This document shows, piece after piece, positions 49,550-60,023 of a DNA stretch of 64,000 nt. Within the stretch, counting starts at the first letter, position 1. Every line of letters begins with the position of its first letter. The DNA comes from an uncultured Mycoplasmatota bacterium (lineage in GTDB: Bacteria > Bacillota_I > Bacilli_A > RF39 > UBA660), in contig CAMKNB010000002.1 in assembly GCA_946414095.1 (NCBI GenBank), positions 13,240 through 77,239 on the forward strand. The letters are read 5' to 3'. Position numbers and translations under genes: made by a program. The notes beneath the pieces were generated by a model, which searched no databases, had not been told where the DNA came from, and saw only the letters and a list, made by a program, of their open reading frames with translations.

Positions 49550-51253
49550 ATGAGAATGAGTAATAGTTTCTTTATTACTAGAAGAGAGAATCCTAAAGAT
49601 GAAGTAAGTGATTCATCTAAACTACTTATAAAAAGTGGAATGATTTTAAAAAATTATAATGGAATTTATTCATACTTACCAATTGGACTTAAAGTAATAG
49701 AGAATATTAAAAAAATAATTAAAGAAGAAATGAAAAGTATTTCTGCAAAAGAAGTATTAATGCCTACACTTGTAAGCAGTGAAATGTTTGAAAATAATAA
49801 TAGAGAAAAATTATTCAAAGATGAAATTTATTCCTTAGTAGATAGAAATAATAAAAAAATGAATTTAGCTCCTTCTAGTGAGGAGTTATTTGCGTATCTT
49901 GCGTCACAAAAAATAAAGAGCTATAAAGATTTACATTTTTCATTATTTCAAATTAACAATAAGTATAGAGATGAAGAACATCCTGAGTTTGGGTTAGTAA
50001 GAAAAAAAGAATTCATTATGGCAGAAGCTTATAGTTTTGATGCTGATGAAGGTGGACTTGATGTTAGTTATGACAAAATGTTTATGATTTTCAAGCATAT
50101 TTTTAGTAGGGTTGGAATAGATACTTTGATTGTTGATAGTAATGATGATAGTATATATGGACTATCAAGTGAAGAATTTCAAGTAATATCTAACTATGGA
50201 GACAATGAAGTAGTAAAATGTAATAATTGTACATATGCATGTAATATTGAAGATGCTTGTTCAAAGTCTATAATTACTAACAAAGAGGTACAACATAAAG
50301 AGAAAAAAATGGTTGATACTCCTAATGTTAAATCTATAAAAGAAGTAAGTGATTTTTTAAATGTATTTGAAGGTAATATATTAAAATCTTTAATATGCAA
50401 AGTAGATGGAATATATAAGATGATTCTTTTAAGAGGTGAAAGTGAATTAAATGTTAAAAAATTAAAGGTTTTATTTAATACAAATAACATTGAAATTCCA
50501 AGTGTATATGAACTTGAAAAAATAGGTACATCTGTAGGATATGTAGGCCCAATTGGGTGTACTATGGAAATAATTGCTGATAATGAAGTTAAAAGTATGC
50601 ATAATTTTGTATGTGGAAGTAATAAAAAGAATTATCATTATATAAATGTTAACTATGGAAGAGATTTTAAAATTAATAGATTTGCTGATTTAAAACTATT
50701 TGATAAAAATTCATTATGTCCAAAGTGTAAAAATAGATGTAGTATAGTTAAAGGAATAGAAGTAGGACAAATATGTAAATTAGGTCCTAGATATAGTGAA
50801 TTATATAATTTAAAATATACAGATGAAATTAATAAAAAATGTGATGTTCATATGGGTTCTTATCAAATAGGTATAGATAGATTAATAAGTGCAATTGTTG
50901 AAAATAATCATGATGAAAAAGGTATCATATGGCCAATTTCTGTAGCTCCATACAAAGTAGCAATCATTGTGTCTAATGTAAATGATGAAAATATAAAAAA
51001 ATATTCAAATAATATCTATGAAAAACTGAATAATTTAAAAATAGATACAATTATAGATGATAGAAAAGAATCAATTGGAGTAAAATTTAATGATATTGAT
51101 TTAATGGGAATACCAATTAGGGTAACAGTGGGAAATTTACTAAATGATAGTATTGTAGAAGTAAAACTAAGAAATGAAGAAAAATCAGTAAAAGTAGAGT
51201 CATCTAAGTTAATTGAATATATAGAAAATATTATTGAAAGGAAAACTATATGA
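49550..51253 (+). CDS. proS: Bacterial-type prolyl-tRNA synthetase homolog with INS editing domain; active-site motifs diverged
   Basis: GIYSYLP, KYRDE..P.FGL.R..EF, GIEVG, GIIWP..VAP, IDDR...GVKF. Confidence 0.72.
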   Translation: MRMSNSFFITRRENPKDEVSDSSKLLIKSGMILKNYNGIYSYLPIGLKVIENIKKIIKEEMKSISAKEVLMPTLVSSEMFENNNREKLFKDEIYSLVDRNNKKMNLAPSSEELFAYLASQKIKSYKDLHFSLFQINNKYRDEEHPEFGLVRKKEFIMAEAYSFDADEGGLDVSYDKMFMIFKHIFSRVGIDTLIVDSNDDSIYGLSSEEFQVISNYGDNEVVKCNNCTYACNIEDACSKSIITNKEVQHKEKKMVDTPNVKSIKEVSDFLNVFEGNILKSLICKVDGIYKMILLRGESELNVKKLKVLFNTNNIEIPSVYELEKIGTSVGYVGPIGCTMEIIADNEVKSMHNFVCGSNKKNYHYINVNYGRDFKINRFADLKLFDKNSLCPKCKNRCSIVKGIEVGQICKLGPRYSELYNLKYTDEINKKCDVHMGSYQIGIDRLISAIVENNHDEKGIIWPISVAPYKVAIIVSNVNDENIKKYSNNIYEKLNNLKIDTIIDDRKESIGVKFNDIDLMGIPIRVTVGNLLNDSIVEVKLRNEEKSVKVESSKLIEYIENIIERKTI

Positions 51254-51978
51254 ATAAAAAAGTAATTAATATCCTTGTAATTATATTATTATTAATTTGT
51301 ACTAGTATAGTTATTTTTTCAATTGTTAATAAAAAAGATGATAATAATATTGAAAATAATGATGGTAATGATAATCAAACTATAGTAATAGATGATGATA
51401 AGAATATAATTAATACTTTTTCAAATGAAATAACATTTAATCAAGTAGAACATACTATAAAAATAAATTACTATAAAGATAAAGAAAAAGATAAATTACA
51501 CTATGAAATATTAATTGATGAAAATATAGTAGTGCAAAGTAGTGAAATTGAAGATATTGTATTTCCAAGTGAAGATGATATATTTTTAATAAATGGTAGT
51601 GATGAAAAGGAATATTTGATTATTAAGATACATGAAGAAGATGAAATAGAAAAAATATATGTAGTAAATGAAACAAATCTTTTAGGAGAACTTGATTTTG
51701 ATTTATCTTTTCAAATTGGTAACTTAGAAGGAGAAAATAAAGAATTATATTACATAAGTGAAAATTTATACTCACAATTTGTTATTGAAGAAAATGATAT
51801 TAGATATCTTTTAGTAGAAGATTGTGAAAGTAGTAAAGATACATATAATTTTATTGAAAATGTTTTAAGTATTAATGATAATAAAATAGTAGTAGAGAAA
51901 AGAAGTACTCATGTAGGAAACAATTTTACTAATGGTAATAATCTATGCAATGATAGTTTCAAAATAATAATATATTAG
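51250..51978 (+). CDS. Hypothetical acidic membrane-anchored protein
   Basis: N-terminal TM; overlaps the proS stop. Confidence 0.7.
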   Translation: MNKKVINILVIILLLICTSIVIFSIVNKKDDNNIENNDGNDNQTIVIDDDKNIINTFSNEITFNQVEHTIKINYYKDKEKDKLHYEILIDENIVVQSSEIEDIVFPSEDDIFLINGSDEKEYLIIKIHEEDEIEKIYVVNETNLLGELDFDLSFQIGNLEGENKELYYISENLYSQFVIEENDIRYLLVEDCESSKDTYNFIENVLSINDNKIVVEKRSTHVGNNFTNGNNLCNDSFKIIIY

Positions 51979-52024
51979 TAAAAATAAATGTTGAAATTTT
52001 AAATTATTAGTGCTAAAATTGATT

Positions 52025-52240
52025 TATCTTTTGTGAAGAAATAGTAATGATAATCATTTATTTTAAGAGAGTTGATAATATGGTGTAATATCAATAAATA
52101 AATAGTCATGAATTCACCTTCATATAAAAAGAACGTATTTATTTCGGCGTTAACGAAAACAAAGAGCATGTTAGTCATGAATTAAGGTGGTACCGCGGGT
52201 TATCTCGTCCTTTAATTTATGGCTTTTTTATTTAGGAGGA
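52025..52240 (+). ncRNA. Phe T-box riboswitch
   Basis: AGAGA and GGTG boxes; specifier TTC at 52113-52115; T-box AAGGTGGTACCGCG at 52184-52197; promoter TTGAAA-N17-TAAAAT at 51991-52019. Confidence 0.92.
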
Positions 52241-52244
52241 TAGT

Positions 52245-53285
52245 ATGATAGAGAGTCTAGAAAAAATTAAAGAAGAAGCACTTCTTAGTATTGAAGAATG
52301 TACTGATGAAAATGCACTTAATAATGTTAAATCTAAATATATTGGTAAGAAAAGTGTATTTAATGAAATAATGGCTAAGATGGGTAGCTTATCAAATGAA
52401 GAAAGAAAAGAAGTAGGAAGTAAAAGTAATGAAGTAAGATCTTCTATTACAGAAGCATTAGATAATAAATTAAAGAGTATTAAGGATAATGAACTTAATA
52501 AAAAACTTGAAAATGATAAGATTGATATTACACTTCCAAGTAAAAAGGTAAGAAAAGGAACTCGTCATCCACTTACAATTGTAAGAGAAGAAATAGAAGA
52601 TTTATTTATTTCTATGGGATATGATGTGGTTTCTGGTCCTGAAGTAGAAACAGATAATTATTGTTTTGAAATGTTAAACTTACCTAAAGGACATCCAGCA
52701 AGAGATGCTCAAGATAGTTTTTATATTACAGATGAAATACTTCTTAGACCTCATACAAGTCCAGTACAAATAAGAAGTATGCTTGCAAATGCAGAAAAGA
52801 AACCATTTAAATTAATATGTCCTGGTAAAACATATAGAAGAGATGATGATGATGCAACTCATTCTCATCAATTTAGTCAAGTTGAAGGACTTGTTGTTGG
52901 TGAAAATATTTCACTTTCAGATTTAAAAGGAACTTTAGAATTATTTGCTAAGAAAATGTTTGGTGAAGATAGAAAAATTAGATTTAGAGCAAGTTTTTTC
53001 CCATTTACTGAACCAAGTTATGAAGTAGATGTATCATGTTTTAAATGCAATGAAAAAGGATGTAATATTTGTAAAGGAACTGGATGGATTGAGATATTAG
53101 GTTGTGGTATGGTTCATCCAAATGTACTTGAAAATTGCGGATTTGATCATACTAAATACCAAGGATTTGCATTTGGAGTAGGAATTGAAAGAGTAGCGTC
53201 ACTAAAATATGGTGTTACTAATATGAGAGATTATTTTACAAATGATTATAGATTCCTACGTAATTTTGATAGAAAGGAGATATAG
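52245..53285 (+). CDS. pheS: Phenylalanine-tRNA ligase alpha subunit
   Basis: HPAR.AQD, HTSPVQ, FPFTEPS, GFAFG.GIER. Confidence 0.98.
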   Translation: MIESLEKIKEEALLSIEECTDENALNNVKSKYIGKKSVFNEIMAKMGSLSNEERKEVGSKSNEVRSSITEALDNKLKSIKDNELNKKLENDKIDITLPSKKVRKGTRHPLTIVREEIEDLFISMGYDVVSGPEVETDNYCFEMLNLPKGHPARDAQDSFYITDEILLRPHTSPVQIRSMLANAEKKPFKLICPGKTYRRDDDDATHSHQFSQVEGLVVGENISLSDLKGTLELFAKKMFGEDRKIRFRASFFPFTEPSYEVDVSCFKCNEKGCNICKGTGWIEILGCGMVHPNVLENCGFDHTKYQGFAFGVGIERVASLKYGVTNMRDYFTNDYRFLRNFDRKEI

Positions 53286-53287
53286 CC

Positions 53288-55654
53288 ATGAAGTTAAGTA
53301 AAAAATTTGTTAATGATTATACACCACTTGATAAAATAGATATTCATGAACTAGCAAATGGAATGTTAAAACTTGGAAATGAATATGAAAGTATAACATC
53401 TCTTGTAAGTGGAAATAAATTGGTTATTGGTGAAGTAATAGAATGTGAGAATGTTAGTGGAAGTGATCATTTACATGCGTGTAAAGTTAATGTTGGAAGT
53501 GAAGTGTTAAATATTGTTTGTGGCGCTCCTAATGTTAAAAAAGGTATCAAAGTCATAGTTGCACTAGATGGATGTGTTTTGCCTGGTGGTACTATTAAAA
53601 AGACAATAGTAATGGGACATGAATCAAATGGAATGATTTGTGCTTTATTTGAATTAGGTATTGATAAAAAATTCTTAAAAGAAGAAGATATCAATGGCAT
53701 ACATATATTAAATAAAGATGCTAAAGTAGGAGAAAATCCAATCTCTTATTTAGAACTTGATGATGAAATAATTGATTTCGAATTAACAGCAAATAGGGCA
53801 GATGAATTAAGTATGTTAGGTCTTGCATATGAAAGCGCTGTTATTACGGGTGAAGATGTAACTTTACCAGAATTAACATATAAAGAAGACAAAGAAGATA
53901 TAAAAGATTTGTTGGAATTAAAAGTTGAAACTCCTAATGTATATACATTTATATTAAAAAGAGTAAATAATGTTCTAATTGAAGAAAGTCCAACATTTAT
54001 AAAAAATAGATTAATGGCTTGTGGAGTTCGTTCAATTAATAATGTAGTTGATATTTCAAATTATGTAATGTTAGAGACAGGTCAACCACTTCATTTTTAT
54101 GATGCTGACAAATTAGGTAAAACAATAGCAGCTAGAAATGCTAATAATAATGAGAAATTGGTTACACTTGATAATCAAGAAAGACTACTTAGTGAAGAAG
54201 ATATAGTTATTACAAATGGTAAAGATCCAATTGGTCTTGCTGGAGTAATGGGAGGTCTTACTACTGAAATAGATGAAAATACTAAAAATGTAGTAATTGA
54301 ATGTGCTATATTTAATCCAATTAGTATTAGAAAAACATCTAAAAAATTAATTAGAAGTGAAGCAAGCATTAGATATGAAAAAGGTCTTGATGTTAATAGA
54401 TGTTATATGGCTATTGAAAGAGCATGTAATATGTTAGAAAAGTATGCAAGTGGTAAAGTATTAAAGGGAAAATTAGAATACAATACACTTGATAGAAATG
54501 AAAAAGTTATTAACATAAAGTTAGATAAGATTAATAGTGTTCTTGGATATAATTTAACAGTAGAAGATGTAAGAGAAGTATTTAAAAAATTAAAATTCAA
54601 TGTTGAAGTTAAGGATAAATTATTTAAAGTAACTGTTCCAACTAGAAGAATGGATATATCTATACCAGAAGATTTAATTGAAGAAGTATCTAGAGTATAT
54701 GGTGTTGATAATATTGAAAGTACTTTACCAATATTTGAAAGTTCTCCAAGTAAACACAATATTAAAGATAGAATTGTTAGAGATAAAATGGTAAGTTTAG
54801 GATTAAATGAAGTTATCACATATTCACTAATTAATATAGATGATGTATTTAAATTTACAAATGATGAATTTGGTTTAATTAAAATACTTGATCCACTAAC
54901 TGAAGAAAGAACTGTTCTTCGACATAGTTTAATTACTTCATTATTAGATGTTTATAAATACAATAAGAGTCGTAATATAAAAGATTTATCTATATTTGAA
55001 ATAGCAAGAGGTTTTAGTTTAATTAATGGAGAATATATAGAAGAAAATAAACTTGCTTGTTTACTTACTGGTGCATATACAGAAGGACTTAATAAAGAAT
55101 ACCATGATTTTTATACAGTAAAAGGTATTGTAGAAGAATTACTTGAATATTTAGGATATCAAAATAGATATTCATTTGTAGTAAAAGAATTTCCAGAAGA
55201 AATGCATCCAACAAAAAGTGCATATATAGTAGTATCAGGAAAGGTAGTTGGTCTTATGGGACAAGTTCATCCAAGACTTACTAAAGATGAAGTATATGTA
55301 GTGGAAATTAATTTAGATTTATTATTTGAGAATAAAGCAGGAAGGCTTAAATATAGGGAAACTTCTAAATTCCCAGGAATATCTAAAGATGTTGCATTTG
55401 TTCTTCCATTAGATGTTAGAAATGAGGATGTAATTGCATCAATTAAACAAGGTGGAGGAAAACTTCTTTCTAAAGTAGAAGTATTTGATTATTATGAAGG
55501 AGATAAAATAGAAAAAAATAAAAAATCAATTGCATATAATCTATATTTTGAAAGTAATGAAAAAACGTTATCAGATGAAGAAATTAATCCAGCATTTGAT
55601 AAAATTATTGAACTTGTTGTTAAAAGACATAATGCTATATTAAGAGATAAATAA
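53288..55654 (+). CDS. pheT: Phenylalanine-tRNA ligase beta subunit
   Basis: IVCGAPN, NVVDISNY, DLIEEV.R, FDX-ACB tail. Confidence 0.97.
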   Translation: MKLSKKFVNDYTPLDKIDIHELANGMLKLGNEYESITSLVSGNKLVIGEVIECENVSGSDHLHACKVNVGSEVLNIVCGAPNVKKGIKVIVALDGCVLPGGTIKKTIVMGHESNGMICALFELGIDKKFLKEEDINGIHILNKDAKVGENPISYLELDDEIIDFELTANRADELSMLGLAYESAVITGEDVTLPELTYKEDKEDIKDLLELKVETPNVYTFILKRVNNVLIEESPTFIKNRLMACGVRSINNVVDISNYVMLETGQPLHFYDADKLGKTIAARNANNNEKLVTLDNQERLLSEEDIVITNGKDPIGLAGVMGGLTTEIDENTKNVVIECAIFNPISIRKTSKKLIRSEASIRYEKGLDVNRCYMAIERACNMLEKYASGKVLKGKLEYNTLDRNEKVINIKLDKINSVLGYNLTVEDVREVFKKLKFNVEVKDKLFKVTVPTRRMDISIPEDLIEEVSRVYGVDNIESTLPIFESSPSKHNIKDRIVRDKMVSLGLNEVITYSLINIDDVFKFTNDEFGLIKILDPLTEERTVLRHSLITSLLDVYKYNKSRNIKDLSIFEIARGFSLINGEYIEENKLACLLTGAYTEGLNKEYHDFYTVKGIVEELLEYLGYQNRYSFVVKEFPEEMHPTKSAYIVVSGKVVGLMGQVHPRLTKDEVYVVEINLDLLFENKAGRLKYRETSKFPGISKDVAFVLPLDVRNEDVIASIKQGGGKLLSKVEVFDYYEGDKIEKNKKSIAYNLYFESNEKTLSDEEINPAFDKIIELVVKRHNAILRDK

Positions 55655-55709
55655 TATTGATTTATTGAATATATTTATTATATAATTAGTTTATAAGTGA
55701 GGAATATTT

Positions 55710-56252
55710 ATGATAGATGAAATTGAGATTAAAAATAAGATGAGTAAAGTAATTGAAACTCTAGAAAGTAGATATACTACTATTAGAGCTGGTAGAGCAA
55801 ATCCAAATATTTTACATGGAGTTATGGTAGATTATTATGGTGCTCCAACACCAATTCAATCACTTGCTACTATATCAATTCCAGAAGCAAGAGTTCTTTC
55901 TATTAAGCCATTTGATAAGAGTTCTTTAAAAAATATTGAAAAAGCTATTTATGAAGCAAACTTAGGTATTGCTCCAACTAATAATGGTGAAGTTATTATG
56001 CTTACTATTCCAGAGTTAACTGGAGAAACAAGAAGAGAATATGTTCGTCAAGCAAGTCAAATGGCAGAAGAAGCTAAAATAGCTTTAAGAAATATTAGAC
56101 AAGATGAAAATAACAAGATTAAAAAAGATGAAGAATTAAGAGAAGATGAAAGAGATATGTGCTTAGAAATAGTACAAGAGTTAATTGAAAAATATAATAA
56201 AATTGTTGAAGATAAATTCAAAGAAAAAGAAACAGAACTTACTAGTATCTAG
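55710..56252 (+). CDS. frr: Ribosome recycling factor
   Basis: IRAGRANP, YYGAPTP, LRNIR. Confidence 0.97.
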   Translation: MIDEIEIKNKMSKVIETLESRYTTIRAGRANPNILHGVMVDYYGAPTPIQSLATISIPEARVLSIKPFDKSSLKNIEKAIYEANLGIAPTNNGEVIMLTIPELTGETRREYVRQASQMAEEAKIALRNIRQDENNKIKKDEELREDERDMCLEIVQELIEKYNKIVEDKFKEKETELTSI

Positions 56253-56310
56253 TAAGTTTTTATTTTTTATGTTATAATAACTAAAAATTTTATTTTTGGA
56301 GGGGTATAGT

Positions 56311-56970
56311 ATGGAAAATAAAATTGAAGCACTTTTACTTGATTTAGATGGAACGTTGATTAATAGTGAAAAAGCATTCTTTGAAAGCTTTAAGGAAATA
56401 CTTGAAAGGTTTGGAATAACTATTACAAAAGAGGAATATAAAAGATATGAACTTGAACAAAATGCAATGTTGCTAAAAGTATTAAGAGCTAGTTGCAATA
56501 ATTTAGATAGTGTAACTGATACTGAAGTAATGGCACAAATATATGAAAATTATACAGATCAATTCTTAAAAGTTATTGAAGAAAGTGAAGCTAAAGATAA
56601 CTTTGATTTGTTAACAAAACTAAAATTACAGGGGTATATTCTTGCTTTAGTATCTACTTGTAGAAGAAGTTACATAAACATGTTATTAAAAGCACACAAC
56701 ATAGAAAATTTATTTGACTTTATTGTAGCAAGAGAAGATGCTAAAAAATTAAAACCTGATCCAGAAGCATATTATATGGCTCTTAATTATTTAAATTTAA
56801 ATCCAAATAATTGCTTAGCAATAGAAGACTCTAAAAGAGGAATTGATGCAGCAATCGCAGCAAATATTAAAACTATAAAAGTTGATAATTTCACTGAAAT
56901 AAAATATCATGATGATAGAGTTATTGAAGAAACTTCTTGTAATGAAGTATTAAGAAAACTATTAAAATAG
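56311..56970 (+). CDS. HAD-superfamily hydrolase
   Basis: DLDGTL, KPDPE, IEDS..GI. Confidence 0.9.
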   Translation: MENKIEALLLDLDGTLINSEKAFFESFKEILERFGITITKEEYKRYELEQNAMLLKVLRASCNNLDSVTDTEVMAQIYENYTDQFLKVIEESEAKDNFDLLTKLKLQGYILALVSTCRRSYINMLLKAHNIENLFDFIVAREDAKKLKPDPEAYYMALNYLNLNPNNCLAIEDSKRGIDAAIAANIKTIKVDNFTEIKYHDDRVIEETSCNEVLRKLLK

Positions 56971-56998
56971 TATAAATAATTTATTATTTAACATAATA
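56970..56998 (+). promoter_or_regulatory. Putative sigma-G (forespore) promoter
   Basis: GTATA-N17-CATAATA matches the sigma-G consensus GHATA-N17/18-CATWHTA. Confidence 0.6.
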
Positions 56999-57014
56999 TA
57001 TATTGGTGAGTATT

Positions 57015-57158
57015 ATGTTAATGAATAATAAATTTAGTACTAAAAATTCTCTTCTTTATAAGATGAAATGCATTAATTCTAGAAATAATGAATATTATGA
57101 ACTTGAAAATAAAGAAATTAATAAAATTGAGAAATATACTGATAAAACTAAAAAGTGA
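57015..57158 (+). CDS. Small hypothetical protein (47 aa), MLMNNKFSTKNSLLYKMKCINSRNNEYYELENKEINKIEKYTDKTKK
   Basis: GGTGA RBS; own promoter and terminator (57150-57179); absent from the ORF track. Confidence 0.6.
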   Translation: MLMNNKFSTKNSLLYKMKCINSRNNEYYELENKEINKIEKYTDKTKK

Positions 57159-57227
57159 AAAATGTTTTCACTTTTTTTTATATATTTGTTATAATAATTA
57201 CGTTAATAGAAAGAAGGAAAAAAATAT

Positions 57228-58406
57228 ATGAAAATATTAAGTGTTAATGCTGGTAGTTCTTCATTAAAATTTACTTTATTAGAATTACCTGAAGAGAAAG
57301 TTATTATTAGTGGTAACTTTGAAAAAATAGGTTTGCCAGATAGTTTTTATTCTGTTAAGTATAATGGCAATAAAGATAGAAAGGAAACTTTATTAAAAGA
57401 TCATACTGATGCTGTTAAAATTCTATTAAAAGAATTAAAAAATTATAAAGTTATCAAATCTTATGATGAAATAGATGGTATTGGACATAGACTTGTTCAT
57501 GGTGGAGATAAATATACTGAAAGTGTTATTATTGATGAAGATGTACTTAAGACTGTTGAATCTTTAGTACCACTTGCACCTATTCATAATCCAGCTAATT
57601 TAATTGGAGTTAGAAGTTTTATGGAAGTTCTTCCTAAAACACCTATGGTAGCAGTATTTGATACAGCATTCCATCAAACAATGAAAGAAGAAGAATTCTT
57701 ATATGCTCTACCATATGAATGGTATGAAAGATATGGGGTTAGAAGATATGGATTCCATGGTACTTCTCATAGATTTATTGCAAATAAGATGAAAGAAATT
57801 TTAGGAGAAGATAAGAAAATTATTAGTTGCCATATTGGAAATGGTGCTAGTCTTTGTGCTATTAAGAATGGTAAGAGTATTGCTACATCTATGGGATTCA
57901 CACCAAATGCAGGTGTAATCATGGGTAGTAGATGTGGAGATATTGATGTAGGACTTCTTCCATATGTAATTAGTCAAACAGGTAAAAAGTTTGATGAAGT
58001 TATGAATGAGTTAAATAAAAAAAGTGGTGTTCTTGGAATAACTGGTATTTCAAGTGACATGAGAGATGTAGAAGAAGGATACAATAATAAAGATTCAAGA
58101 TGTGTTACAGCAATGAATATGTATGCTAATAAAATAGTAGATTATATTGTTTCATACAATGCTAAATTAGAAGGTGCTGATTATATTGTATTTACAGCTG
58201 GTGTAGGTGAAAATAGTGATGTAATGCGTGATATGATTATTTCAAGATTAAACTTTATGGGAGTTAAACTTGATAGTGAAAAGAATTCTACACGTGGAAT
58301 TAAAGGTGTTATTAGTACAGATGATTCTACAATTAAAGTATGTGTATTACCTACTGATGAAGAATTAATGATAGCTAAAGATACTTATGATTTAATAAAT
58401 AAATAG
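57228..58406 (+). CDS. ackA: Acetate kinase
   Basis: NAGSSSLK, GHRLVHGG, DTAFH, YGFHGTSH, TDEE. Confidence 0.98.
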   Translation: MKILSVNAGSSSLKFTLLELPEEKVIISGNFEKIGLPDSFYSVKYNGNKDRKETLLKDHTDAVKILLKELKNYKVIKSYDEIDGIGHRLVHGGDKYTESVIIDEDVLKTVESLVPLAPIHNPANLIGVRSFMEVLPKTPMVAVFDTAFHQTMKEEEFLYALPYEWYERYGVRRYGFHGTSHRFIANKMKEILGEDKKIISCHIGNGASLCAIKNGKSIATSMGFTPNAGVIMGSRCGDIDVGLLPYVISQTGKKFDEVMNELNKKSGVLGITGISSDMRDVEEGYNNKDSRCVTAMNMYANKIVDYIVSYNAKLEGADYIVFTAGVGENSDVMRDMIISRLNFMGVKLDSEKNSTRGIKGVISTDDSTIKVCVLPTDEELMIAKDTYDLINK

Positions 58407-58419
58407 AAAAGAGAATATA

Positions 58420-59394
58420 ATGAATAGTATTTATAAAGCAATTTATAATGAAATTAAGAAATATAAAAAGATATATATTGCAAGACATATAGGTCCAGAT
58501 CCAGATGCTTTTGGCAGTCAAATGGCATTAAAAGAATCTATCAAACTTACTTTTCCATCAAAAGAAGTTTATGCAGTAGGGACAAGTGTATCTAGATTTA
58601 AATATTTTGGAAGAATTGATAAAATTGATAACTATGACTATGAAAACTCACTTTTGATAGTTACTGATACTCCTGATAAAAAGAGAGTGGATATTGAAAA
58701 TTTTACATCATTTAAAAATGTATTAAAGATAGACCATCATCCTAAAGTAGATGTATTTGGAGAAGTTGAATATATAGATGAAGATGCTAGTTCTGCAAGT
58801 GAATTAGTATATAAAGTTATCGAAAATACTAAATTAAAAATGAATACAGAAATAGCTGGATTTATATATATGGGAATTGTTAGCGATACTAATAGATTTT
58901 TATATAATTGTAATTTTAAAACATTTGAAAGCGTTTCTGCATTAATAAAAAAATATAAACTAGATATAGAAGATTTATATAGAAAGGTATACGCTAAACC
59001 GCTTAGTGAAATGAGACTTATGGGTCATATAGCTTCATCTTTAAGAGTTGATAAATATGGTTTTGCTTATATTGAAATAGATGAAGAAATAATAGAATCT
59101 TTAGGTGCAGATTTATCAAGCGCATCAAATATGATAAATGACTTTAATAATATTAATGAGATAATTGTATGGACATTTGTATCATACGACAGAAAAAATA
59201 ATCAATTTAGAGTTAATATTAGAAGTAGAGGGCCTGTTATTAATGATATAGCAGCTTCATTTGGCGGTGGTGGTCATAAATTTGCAAGTGGTGTTAGAAC
59301 TGATAGTAGAGAAGTAATAGATAAATTGTTAGCTTCATTATCAAACTGTTGTAAAGAATATAAAGAAGGAGCCAATAAAAATGGAAGTAATTAA
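58420..59394 (+). CDS. nrnA: DHH-family oligoribonuclease / pAp phosphatase
   Basis: H..PDPDA.GS, IDHH, GGGGH..ASG. Confidence 0.9.
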   Translation: MNSIYKAIYNEIKKYKKIYIARHIGPDPDAFGSQMALKESIKLTFPSKEVYAVGTSVSRFKYFGRIDKIDNYDYENSLLIVTDTPDKKRVDIENFTSFKNVLKIDHHPKVDVFGEVEYIDEDASSASELVYKVIENTKLKMNTEIAGFIYMGIVSDTNRFLYNCNFKTFESVSALIKKYKLDIEDLYRKVYAKPLSEMRLMGHIASSLRVDKYGFAYIEIDEEIIESLGADLSSASNMINDFNNINEIIVWTFVSYDRKNNQFRVNIRSRGPVINDIAASFGGGGHKFASGVRTDSREVIDKLLASLSNCCKEYKEGANKNGSN

Positions 59395-59974
59395 TGTTGA
59401 AGAACCAATTATTGCTGTTAGAATAAGTCAATATCCAGAAGATAGAAAAGATGAATTCTTAATTCTTGGAAGAAGTAATGTTGGTAAAAGTAGTTTTATT
59501 AACACAATAATTAACAGGAAAAATTTGGCAAGAACAAGTTCAAAACCAGGTAAAACTCAAACACTTAATTTTTATCAAATTAATAAAGAATTTTATATAG
59601 TAGATGTTCCAGGATATGGTTATGCACAAACAAGTAAAAAGCAACAAGAAAAATTTGGCATAATGATAGAAGAATATTTAAAACAAAGACCATATTTAAA
59701 ACATGTATTTTTACTTGTAGATTATAGACATAAACCAACTGAAGATGATATTTTAATGTATAAATTTTTAAAATATTATAATTTGTCTGTTACAATAGTT
59801 TGTACTAAATATGATAAAGTAAATAGATCATTAAGAAACAAACAAGATGATGTTATTAAAAAAACATTAAATCCTGCTTTAGGAGATGAGATAGTAAACT
59901 TCTCTAGTATAACAAAAATTGGAAAAGATAGAATATATGAAATTATAGAAAATATATTGAATAAAAATGCTTGA
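59381..59974 (+). CDS. engB: Ribosome biogenesis GTPase YsxC/EngB
   Basis: GRSNVGKSS, PGKTQ, DVPGYG, TKYDK. Confidence 0.95.
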   Translation: MEVINVEEPIIAVRISQYPEDRKDEFLILGRSNVGKSSFINTIINRKNLARTSSKPGKTQTLNFYQINKEFYIVDVPGYGYAQTSKKQQEKFGIMIEEYLKQRPYLKHVFLLVDYRHKPTEDDILMYKFLKYYNLSVTIVCTKYDKVNRSLRNKQDDVIKKTLNPALGDEIVNFSSITKIGKDRIYEIIENILNKNA

Positions 59975-60023
59975 AAATAACAAGCATTTTTATTATAATT
60001 ATTTTAGAATAGAGGTTAGTTAT

